This document shows positions 37,065 through 47,730 of a stretch of DNA of 64,000 nt, in pieces. This DNA comes from Mustelus asterias (lineage: Eukaryota). The position numbers and the translations under genes were made by a program. The stretch spans positions 109,616,001 to 109,680,000 of the forward strand of contig NC_135808.1 of assembly GCF_964213995.1 (NCBI RefSeq). Reading direction: 5' to 3'. Positions within the stretch are counted from its first letter, which is position 1. Each line of letters opens with the position of its first letter. The notes beneath the pieces were generated by a model, which had not been told where the DNA came from, made no database searches, and saw nothing but the letters and a program-made list of their open reading frames with translations.

Positions 37065-37782
37065 CATCATACAATCCCGACAGTGGAGAAGGAGGGCATT
37101 CAGCTCATCGAGTCTGCAATTCTAATAACAATCCCACCCAGGCCCTAGCCCTGTAACCCCATGCATTCACCCTGTTAATCCCCCTGACACTAAGAGGCAA
37201 TTTATCATGCCCAATCCACCTATCTTGCATATCTTTGGACTGTGGGAGGAAAACATAGCACCCAGAGGAAACCCATGCAGCCATGGGAAGAACATGCAGA
37301 CTCCACACAGTCACCCGAGACTGGAATTGAACCCAGATCCTTGACGCTGTAAGGCAGCAGTGCTAACCACTGTGCCACTCTACTCAAGGTAGCTGTGGGA
37401 GACGGTGCATTTATAATAGACATTGATGGATCGTGAAAATGTTTTATTTTCCCCCAGTAGAAGGGAAGGAAAAATCAAGTTAATTTTTCACACTTCACCC
37501 CTCCTGTGGGGCGGCAGTGGTTAGTACCGCTGCCTCACAGCGCTAGGGACCCAGGTTCAATTCACGGCTTGGATCACTGTCTGTGTGGAATTTGCACTTT
37601 CTCTCCATGTCTGCGTGGGTTTCCTCCGGGTGCTCCGGTTTCCTCCCACAGTCTGAAAGATGTGCTGGTTAGGTGCATTGACCCGAACAGGTGCCGGAGT
37701 GTGGTGACTAGGGGATTTTCACAATAACTTCATTGCAATGTTAATGTAAGCCAACTTGTGACAATAATAAATAAACTTTAAA
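37065..37782. mobile_element. Two oppositely oriented HE1-like SINEs (37065-37378 minus, 37507-37782 plus)
   Basis: Consensus head and body on each strand. Confidence 0.85.
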
Positions 37783-37911
37783 CTGTGCTTCACTTAATAG
37801 CTAATGATAGAATAGAATTCCAGTCTGTGTTCTTGAATGGAGAAAGTTTATAGCATTGTGGAGATTACATAAGCATGAAAGTGGAAAATAATTTTGGAGT
37901 GCAATGCTTAC

Positions 37912-38120
37912 TTAGTTGCCTGTGTCAGACAGAACCGGCAGCTTGCTTTCAGAAGGGCCACCACCACGACATGTCCAATCTGTTCCTCCATGGGGCTCTG
38001 GTTGGCAATCTCCCAGTGAGGGGCCACCTTACAGATTCTGCTTTCACTTCCTGCTGCTGCTGCCACGGTAATTGTTAGGCCCAAAACAATAGAGAGTAAA
38101 GGCATCTCCAGCCCCATCAT
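37912..38120 (-). CDS. SELENOP2: SELENOP2-like coding exon 1: signal peptide + SRICK..W...VVVVALLKAS-C-RFC
   Basis: ORF 37908-38120; acceptor at 38137-38138; donor AA|gtaagc; the codon at the Sec position (37938-37940) is TGC. Confidence 0.96.
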
Positions 38121-38665
38121 GATCTCTTACACATCCCTACAATTTGGGAGTAGATGAACAATAAATTATGAACATTTTGTAAAAGAAGCAGAAAGCTAAA
38201 AGCCCCTATAAGTATTGTGGAAAAGACAACAAACGATTGCAGATTTTCTGGTGAGGGCGAAATTCTGAACACCGGGGACTCATTCAGTATATTTTTCTGC
38301 AAAGCTCTACACTTTAAAAATGTTGTTGACTTGTTTGCACAGTGCCGAAATTAAGCAATCGGCGATTTGTGCTGCAAAAAAAACGCAAAGACAGAACAAA
38401 TAAAAACTGATAATATACAAGTATTTTAAAAAAACACTGGCGAAAGCGCATGCAAAGTGTCCAGACACAATTGTAACATGAGTTTGTTGCAATTTCGATG
38501 AGAGGTTTGGAGACTTTTGAACTCTACAAATACAATCGCAATGGATTGAATTCGGACATTGAGAAAAGGTTTAGCAAGGCTACGTCTGAAACCAATACAA
38601 TTCAGATGATGAACATGGAAAAATTTCTTTGAGCTGTTAGGGGCAAAATACATCATCACTTTTAC

Positions 38666-38900
38666 CTTTTCGCTGAGTTTCACTCTTTTGTCTCCCTCTG
38701 GGCGTCCGATCCAAGCTCTGGTCTCCTTGCTTCCTTGCTTCCTCCCCAGCTCTCAGCCACAGGCTATCTCCCGGATTGCAAACGACTTGTTTGTGGAATG
38801 TTAACTCTTTAAGGACGGAATGATTTTTATCCCTCTTTCTGTTCTGGGTAAACGTGGGGAAAACAGTGAGTGGTGGTTCCTGCATTGCTCTGCTTAAATA
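38666..38900 (-). promoter_or_regulatory. Putative SELENOP2 core promoter and non-coding exon 1
   Basis: TATTTAA on minus at 38894-38900; Inr-like CTCACT about 33 nt downstream (~38867); donor AAG|gtaaaa at 38665. Confidence 0.5.
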
Positions 38901-39194
38901 CAGCTAAAGTAGTTGATGCAATAGTGGCCATCACTTATTTGCAACTTTTTCTCCCTTAAATGGCACTAGACAAAATTCTGAGCTCACGCACCAACCAAGT
39001 CAAGAACAGCTTCTCCCCTGCTGCCATCAGACCTTTGGATTGACCTACCTCGTATTAAGTTGATCGTTCTCTACACCCTAGCTATGACTGTAACACCACA
39101 TTCGGCAGCCTCTTCTTTCCTTCTCTATATACTGTATACTTTGTATAGCGCACAAGGGCCTTTTGGTTAAGATCAAGTGTAGTATCGACATCCT

Positions 39195-41967
39195 ACAAAG
39201 AACAAAGAACAGTACAGCACAGGAAACAGGCCCTTCGGCCCTCCAAGCCTGTGCCGCTCCTTGGTCCAACTAGACCAATCGTTTGTATCCCTCCATTCCC
39301 AGGCTGCTCATGTGACTATCCAGGTAAGTCTTAAACGATGTCAGCGTGCCTGCCCCCACCACCCTCTGTGTAAAAAACGTCCCTCTGATGTCTGAGTTAT
39401 ACTTCGCCCCTCTCAGCTTGAGCCCGTGACCCCTCGTGATCGTCACCTCCGACCTGGGAAAAAGCTTCCCACTGTTCACCCTATCTATACCCTTCATAAT
39501 CTTGTATACCTCTATTAGATCTCCCCTCATTCTCCGTCTTTCCAAGGAGAACAACCCCAGTCTACCCAATCTCTCCTCAGAGCTAAGACTCTCCATACCA
39601 GGCAACATCCTGGTAAACCTTCTCTGCACTCTCTCCAATGCCTCCACATCCTTCTGGTGACCAGAACTGGACGCAGTACTCCAAATGTGGCCTAACCAGC
39701 GTTCTATACAGCTGCATCATCAGACTCCAGCTTTTATACTCTATACCCCGTCCTATAAAGGCAAGCATACCATATGCCTTCTTCACCATCTTCTCCACCT
39801 GTGTTGCCACCTTCAAGGATTTGTGGACTTGCACACCTAGGTCCCTCTGTGTTTCTATACTCCTGATGACTCTGCCATTTATTGTATAACTCCTCCCTAC
39901 ATTATTTCTTCCAAAATGCATCACTTCGCATTTATCCGGATTAAACTCCATCTGCCACCTCTCCGCCCAATTTTCCAGCCTATCTATATCCTGCTGTATT
40001 GCCCGATAATGCTCTTCGCTATCCACAAGTCCAGCCATCTTCATGTCATCCGCAAACTTGCTGATTACACCAGTTACACCTTCTTCCAAATCATTTATAT
40101 ATATCACAAATAGCAGAGGTCCCAGTACAGAGCCCTGCGGAACACCACTGGTCACAGACCTCCAGCCGGAAAAAGACCCTTCGACCACTACCCTCTGTCT
40201 CCTATGGCCAAGCCAGTTCTCCACCCATCTAGCCACTTCTCCTTGTATCCCATGAGCCTTAACGTTCTTAACCAACCTGCCATGTGGGACTTTGTCAAAT
40301 GCCTTACTGAAATCCATATAGACGACATCCACGGCCCTTCCTTCATCAACCGTTTTTGTCACTTCCTCAAAAAACTCCACCAAATTTGTAAGGCACGACC
40401 TCCCTCTTACAAAACCATGCTGTCTGTCACTAATGAGTTTGTTCCGTTCTAAATGCACATACATCCTGTCTCTAAGAATCCTCTCCAACAACTTCCCTAC
40501 CACGGACGTCAAGCTCACCGGCCTATAATTTCCTGGGTTATCCCTGCTACCCTTCTTAAACAACGGGACCACATTCGCTATCCTCCAATCCTCAGGGACC
40601 TCACCCGTGTCCAAAGAAGCGACAAAGATTTCCGTCAGAGGCCCAGCAATTTCACCTCTCGTTTCCCTGAGCAGTCGAGGATAGATGCCATCAGGCCCTG
40701 GGGCTTTGTCAGTTTTAATGTTCCCTAAAAAACCTAACACTTCCTCTCTTGTAATGGAGATTTTCTCTAACGGGTCAACACCTCCCTCCGAGACACTCCT
40801 GGTTAACACGCCCCTCTCCTTCGTGAATACCGATGCAAAGTATTCATTTAGGATCTCCCCTATTCCCTTGGGTTCTAAGCATAATTCCCCTCCTTTGTCC
40901 CTGAGAGGTCCGATTTTCTCCCTGACAACTCTTTTGTTCCTAACGTATGAATAGAATGCCTTAGGATTCTCCTTAATCCTGCCTGCCAAGAACATCTCGT
41001 GACCTCTTTTTGCCCTTCTAACTCCCCGTTTGAGATCTTTCCTACTCTCTCTGTATTCCTCCAGAGCTCCATCTGTTTTCAGTTGCCTGGACTTAACGTA
41101 CGCCTCCCTTTTCATTTTCATCAGATCCTCAATTTCCCTGGTTATCCACGGCTCTCGAATCCTACCTTTCCTATCTTTCCTTTTTACAGGCACATGCCTA
41201 TCCTGCAGCCTTATCAATAGTTCCTTAAAAGACTCCCACATGCCAGACGCGGACTTACCCTCGAACATCCTCTCCCAATCAACATCCACCAATTCCTGCC
41301 TAATCCGGCTATAGTCAGCCTTCCCCCAATTTAGCACCCTGCCCGTAGGACAGCACTCATCCTTGTCCATTACTATCCTAAAGTTAACAGAGTTGTGGTC
41401 ACTATTTGCCACATGTTCCCCTACCGAAACTTTGACGACCTGACCGGGCTCATTTCCCAGAACTAGGTCCAGTATAGCCCCCTCTCTAGTCGGGCTATCT
41501 ACATACTGTTCCAAAGAACCTTCCAGTACGCATTTTACAAATTCCTCCCCGTCCGGTCCCCCAGCTCTAAGCACTTTCCAGTCTGTGCCAGGGAAATTAA
41601 AGTCCCCCACTACAACAACCCTATGTTTTCTGCACCTATCCAGAATCTCCTGACATATCCTTTCCTCCACTTCCCGTGGGCTGTTGGGTGGTCTGTAGTA
41701 CACCCCCAGCATAGTGACTGCACCCTTCCTGTTTCTGAGTTCCACCCACAGCGACTCAGTACATGACCCCTCTAAGTTGTCTACCCTCTGCACCGCGGTA
41801 ATATGCTCCTTAACTAATATCGCTACTCCCCCACCATTTTTAGCCCCTCCTCTGTCTCGCCTAAAACACTTATACCCCGGAATATTCAGCTGCCAGTCCT
41901 GTCCTTCTTTTAACCAAGTTTCCGTCACCGCAACCACATCCAAATTCCGCACAAGCATTAAGGCCCT
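39195..41967 (-). mobile_element. Young CR1 LINE with a 791-aa open APE endonuclease + RT frame, 5'-truncated
   Basis: VTETW, YRPPN, GDFN, SDH and FADD motifs; (ttctttg)n tail; ccta at both junctions. Confidence 0.97.
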
Positions 41968-42036
41968 AATTGGTTGAAGTCATGAGGTTACACTAAGGCT
42001 TCATTTGAAGCAATTTTTTAAAGCAGCATTTCAGCC

Positions 42037-42229
42037 TTTTTTTTATACTTTTCCAATTCAATCAAATCAAATCCAATTCAGAGTCTCAACAAGTTGAGAC
42101 ATTTCAGATCCAGGCTGACAAGACAGGGCAAGCGACCAAACCACCCTGTCCTGGGCCTGATCTACATGAGCCAAGCTGTTTGGAGAAGGGGGAGGTTCCT
42201 CCTCCAAGACTTGAGCTCATTTGCATCTT
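42037..42229 (-). mobile_element. U2-SINE-like family, 5'-truncated copy C, antisense inside copy B
   Basis: Reverse complement of 43081-43274, including the A tail (T8 at 42037-42044). Confidence 0.9.
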
Positions 42230-42397
42230 TTGGCTAAGATGCAAATGAGATCAAGCCTTGGAGAAGATGCAATGCCTGCTCCAATCAGCTTGGATCATGT
42301 AGATCAAGCCCAGGACAGGAAGTGAGAGACCTGTCTTGTCAGCTTGGATCTGACAAGCTCTACACTTTAAAAATGTTGTTGACTTGTTTGCACAGTA

Positions 42398-42752
42398 ATC
42401 CTTTCCTATGCTTTCATACCCTGCTTAAGGGTGCTGTAAGAGTTTTAACAACACCAGGTTAAAGTCCAACAGGTTTATTTGGCAAATGCCATTAGCTTTT
42501 GGAGCCCTGCTCCTTCGTCAGATGGAGTGGATATCTGCTCCCAAACGAGGCCAAATGTGTATCCCTCTGACACTAGGGTCAATTTAGCATGGCCAATCTA
42601 CCTAACCTGCACATCTTTGGACTGTGGGAGGAAACCGGAGCATCTGGAGGAAACCCATGCAGACACGGGGAGAACGTGCAGACTCCGCACAGACAGTGAC
42701 CCAAGGCCGGAATTGAACCCGGGTCCCTGTCGCTGTGAGGCAGCAGTGCTAA
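42398..42752 (+). repeat. ~355-bp duplicate of 43925-44282 (LINE/Penelope/SINE composite)
   Basis: Both copies share the same inter-element junctions. Confidence 0.92.
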
Positions 42753-42941
42753 ATGGGTTGAATAGCCTCTTCTGCACCATAGGGATTCTATGAGAATCTT
42801 TTAAAATGCAACATTTCTCCTCGCTCAGCATTTCCTTAACAACATTAATGCCACCAGTAAGCAGGGACCCTGATTGAAAAAAAAGGTGCATATACTCCCC
42901 AGTTAAGGGTCCCTCTAATAACATGAATGATTAATAAATTA

Positions 42942-43274
42942 ATCGCTTCTCGGCCTTTTGGCTAAGATCAAGTGTAGTATGGAGAGGATGCTGCACTTGG
43001 TTGAGGTCATTAGGTTACGCTGAAGCTTCATATGTTTCATATGAAGCAATTTTTTAAAGCGGCATCTTGGCCTTTTGGCTAAGATGCAAATGAGCCCAAG
43101 TCTTGGAGGAGGAACCTCCCCCTTCTCCAATCAGCTTGGCTCATGGAGATCGGGCCCAGGACAGGGTGGTTTGGTCGCTTGCCCTGTCTTGTCAGCCTGG
43201 ATCGGAAATGTCTCAACTTGTTGAGACTCTGAATTGGATTTGATTTGATTGAATTGGAAAAGTATTAAAAAAAA
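42942..43274 (+). mobile_element. U2 snRNA-headed SINE-like retroposon, full-length copy A
   Basis: U2 nt 1-39 at 42942-42980, then a non-U2 body and an A8 tail; 17-bp TSD aacatgaatgattaata at 42920 and 43273. Confidence 0.9.
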
Positions 43275-45319
43275 CATGAATGATTAATAGATTTCATGTT
43301 TATGAATGGAAAGTCCTGGACGAAGGGTGAGAATCACATATACACAGAATCGGATTGGTACAGCACAAGGAGGCCATCTGACTTTCCGGTCTCGCTCGCC
43401 CCGAAACCAGAAAATACCATCCAAGGTCAATGGAACCTTTCCATGGTCCACCCCTTGCTCACTCCAATTCCCGTGGTGGGCAGGACAGGAAAATTCACCC
43501 GTCATGTCTGTGCGGCTCTCGGCAAGAACTCAACTAGGTCTACTGCCTCGCCTTTTCCTCATAGCCCTGCAACTTTTTTCTCTTCAGATCTTTCTCCAAT
43601 TCTCTTTTGAATGCCTGAATTGAATTTACGTCCACCACACTCTCATACAGTGCATTCCAGATCCTAACTGCTTATTTCTTCATGAAAAGGTTTTCTTCGT
43701 GTTGCTGTTGCATCTTTTGCCAATCACCTGAAATCGGTGTCCTCTGCTTCTCAATCCTGACACCAAAGGGAACAGTTTCTCCCAGTTTCTGTCCAGAGAC
43801 CTGCTGATTTTGAACATCTCTTTTAAAACCTGCCCTTAATCTTCTCTTCAAGAAGAACAACTTCAGCTCCTCCAATCTATCCAAGCTCTTCAACTCTAGA
43901 ACTACTCTTGTGAATCTTTTCTGCATCCTTTCCCATGCTTTCATACCCTGCTTAAGGGTGCTGTAAGAGTTTTAACAACACCAGGTTAAAGTCCAACAGG
44001 TTTATTTGGTAGCAAATGCCATTAGCTTTCAGAGCCCTGCTCCTTCGTCAGATGGAGTGGATATCTGCTCCCAAACAAGGCCAAATGTGTATCCCCCTGA
44101 CACTAGGGTCAATTTAGCATGGCCAATCTTCTGAACCTGCACATCTTTGGACTGTGGGAGGAAACCGGAGCATCCGGAGGAAATCCATGCAGACACGGGG
44201 AGAACGTGCAGTCTCCACACAGACAGTGACCCAAGGCTGGAATTGAACCCGGGTCCCTGTCGCTGTGAGGCAGCAGTGCTAACCACTATGCCACCATGCC
44301 GTTGAGTATTTTCACATCTGATCTTTTCTTGTCCTGCTCCGTAACTACTCTAAACCTATTGATATCGTGATTGCTGTGTCCCAAATACTCCTCCACTGAA
44401 ACTTCAGATCTAGTATTGCACCTGTCCTTGTTGGGCTGGAAACATACTGATCAAGAAAACTCTCTTGTACAACTTTTACGACTTCTTCCTCATCTTTGCT
44501 CTTTACATTTTTATTCTTCCAATCTGAATTAGCAGAATTGAAGTCCCCTATTATCGGTGCTCCAAAGCTCTTCCACCCTTTTTGCAATTTGCCTGAAAAT
44601 TTCCTCATCTATCTCCTTTCCACTATTTGGTGCCCCATGTTATGCACCCAGAAGCATAACAGCTTCTCCATTATTCCTGAATTCAAATGGATTCGGTCTT
44701 TGACCCCCTCAAGTACATATCCCTTTCCAATGCTATAATAGTTTCTTTAATCAATAGTGGCACTCCAACTCCTTTTCTTCCCTACTTTTTCCTGGATAAC
44801 TTGTAACCAAGGTGTTCTTAATCTCAGCTTCTTTGGGCTCAGTCCTTGTTTTTGCCACTACATCATAATCCCATTAGATTACATGTGACTGCAACTAACC
44901 AACCTTATTCAACATGCTGCATGTATTTACATATTTGCATTCCAAATCCATCTTACACTGCCTTGGATTATTCCTCCATCTGATTGTTTCTTTAGGTGAA
45001 CTACCTTTTGTTCTAATGGTATTTGTCTCTCACTGTCCTGCCAACATGTTGTCAGTTTAACTCAGTTGGCTGGACAGCTGGTTCATAATGCCAAGTGACG
45101 CCAACAGTGTGGGTTCGATTCCAGAGGTAACTTATGAAAGCCTACCTTTTTTATCTTACCCCTTGTCTGAGGTGTGGTGATCCTCAGGTAAAATCACCAC
45201 CAGTCAGCTCTTCCCCCTCAAAGGGGAGAGCAGCCTATGGCCATCTGGGACTATGGTGACTTTGTGTTTACATATTGTATCTCCTCTCGAATGCTACATT
45301 CTGGTGTCTGGCTCCTTAT

Positions 45320-45830
45320 CAAAGAACAAAGAACAAGAACAAAGAACAATACAGCACAGGAACAGGCCCTTCGGCCCTCCAAGCCTGCATCGCTCATGTG
45401 CCCAACTAGACCATTTGTTTGTATCCCTCTATTCCCAGTCTGTTCATGTGGTTATCCAGATAAGTCTTAAACGATCCCAGTGTGTCCGCCTCAATCATCT
45501 TGCTTGGCAGTGCATTCCAGGCCCCCACCACCCTCTGTGTAAAATACGTCCCCCTGACATCTGTGTTGAACCTTGCCCCCCTCACCTTGAACCTGTGACC
45601 CCTTGTGTTCGTCTACTCCGACCTGGGAAAAAGCTTCCCACTGTTCACCCTATCTATGCCCTTCATAATTTTATACACCTCTATTAGGTCGCCCCTCATC
45701 CTCCGTCTTTCCAGGGAGAACATCCCCAGTTTACCCAATCTCTCCTCATAGCTAAGACCCTCCATACCAGGCAACATCCTGGTAAACCTTTTCTGTACTC
45801 TCTCCAAAGCCTGTTGGTCCTTCTGGTAGT
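45320..45830 (-). mobile_element. CR1 3' fragment
   Basis: ORF 45613-45807; acaaagaacaa tail. Confidence 0.92.
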
Positions 45831-46269
45831 GTGGCCTTGGGAATGTGTCTAGTTTAGGCTAGTACCCAGTTAGTTTCAACCCTCCCCCAGAGTGCTAGTT
45901 AATGCCCCACAAGAACATTGATCGCAAACCTGTTGAGGTGCAATCCATCTATTTTGTACTGGTCCTTCCAGCCCCAGAAGTGTTTCATGATTAGAGGCCT
46001 TTCTTTGTACACCACTGCTGCAGTCTTGTGTTAACCGGTCTTACTTTACAGTCCTCGGCTTTTTACCACATGATAGGGGAAGTAATTCAGACATTGCCAC
46101 CTTTGGGATCCTGCTCTTTAAACTTCTCCCTAGCTCCTGAAATTTCTGTCTATAGGACCTCAATCCTATCTTTCGAATGTTACTGGTTTCAACATGGAAC
46201 ACAAATTCTGGCTGATCCTCATTTCTGAAGAAATTGTTTTGTGCATGTTATGAATGTCATAAGTTCATA

Positions 46270-47386
46270 AGAAGTCTCACAACACCAGGTTAAAGTCCAA
46301 CAGGTTTATTTGGTAGCAAATACTATAAGCTTTCGGAGCACTGCTCCTTCGTCAGATAGAGTGGAAATGTGCTCTCAAACAGGGACACGGTGGATGGGAC
46401 ACGGTGGACGGAGTACCCTTCATCGTCCAGTACTTCCTCGGAGCGGAGAAGCTACGGCATCTCCTCCGGAGCCTTCAACATGTCATTGATGAAGACGAAC
46501 ATCTCGCCAAGGCCATCCCCACACCCCCACTTCTTGCCTTCAAACAACCACACAACCTCAAACAGACCATTGTCCGCAGCAAACTACCCAGCCTTCAGGA
46601 GAACAGTGACCACGACACCACACAACCCTGCCACAGCAACCTCTGCAAGACGTGCCGGATCATCGACACGGATGCCATCATCTCACGTGAGAACACCATC
46701 TACCAGGTACACGGTACCTACTCTTGCAACTCGGCCAACATTGTCTACCTGATACGCTGCAGGAAAGGATGTCCCGAGGCATGGTACATTGGGGAAACCA
46801 TGCAGACACTACGACAACGGATGAATGAACACCGCTCGACAATCACCAGGCAAGACTGTTCTCTTCCTGTGGGGGAGCACTTCAGCAGTCACGGGCATTC
46901 AGCCTTGGATCTTCAGGTAAGTGTTCTCCAAGGTGGCCTTCACGACACACGACAGCGCAGGGTCGCTGAGCAGAAACTGATAGCCAAGTTCCGCACACAT
47001 GAGGACGGCCTAAACCGGGATGTTGGATTTATGTCACATTATCAGTAACCCCCACAGCTTGCCTCCTGGGCTTGTAGAATCTCACTAGCTGTTCTGTCTG
47101 GAGACAATACACATTTCTTTAACCTGTGTTTAATGTTCCCTCCACCCACATTGTCTGTACCTTTAAGACCTGGCTGGCTGTAGGATTCGCATTCTAATCA
47201 GTATTCTGCAACTTGATATTGTCTGTTTGCACTCTTTGAGAGCACATTTCCACTCCATCTGATGAAGGAGCAGTGCTCCGAAAGCTTATGGTATTTGCTA
47301 CCAAATAAACCTGTTGGACTTTAACCTGGTGTTGTGAGACTTCTTACTGTGTTCACCCCAGTCCAACGCCGGCATCTCCACATCAT
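46270..47386 (+). mobile_element. Penelope-like element with an open GIY-YIG frame and an inverted 5' partial terminal repeat
   Basis: ORF 46404-47048 (IVYLIRC...WYIGET...RMNEH...GLN); 46270-46380 is inverted relative to 47235-47345; TSD tcataagttcataaga at 46257 and 47383. Confidence 0.95.
47255..47291 (+). ncRNA. Minimal hammerhead motif; inverted partner at 46323-46359
   Basis: ccat-CTGATGA-a-ggagc-agt-gctcc-GAAA-gctt-atgg with perfect stems. Confidence 0.7.
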
Positions 47387-47389
47387 AAG

Positions 47390-47730
47390 TTCATAAGACA
47401 TAGGAGCAGAATTAGGCAATTTGGCCCTCCGAATCCTCTCTGCTATTCGATCATGGCTGATATGCTCCTCATCCCCATTTTCCTGTCTTCTCCCCATAAC
47501 CCTTCAACCCATTACAATTAAAAATCTGTCTAATTCCTACTTAAATTTACTCACTGTTCCAGCATCCACCGCACTTTGGGGTAGTGAATTCCACAGAGTC
47601 ACAATCCTTTGGGAGAAGTAATTTCTCCTCAACTCTGTTTTAAATTTGCTACCCCTTATCCTAAGACTATGATCTCTCGTCCTAGAATGTCCCACCAGCG
47701 GAAGCATCTGCTCCATGGCTACTTTATCCT
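47390..47730 (-). mobile_element. CR1 3' fragment
   Basis: Similar to the CR1 3' ends at 2106 and 62010. Confidence 0.8.

Larger units (their letters stand above)
39157..42354 (+). mobile_element. U2-headed SINE-like element, copy B, in pieces (39157-39194, 41968-42036, 42228-42354)
   Basis: ggccttttggttaagatcaagtgtagtatc head; the pieces are collinear with copy A. Confidence 0.8.

Noticed and set aside
42942-42980. Functional U2 snRNA gene
   Set aside because: Only nt 1-39 are present; the rest of U2 is absent and the sequence lies inside a TSD-flanked insertion.
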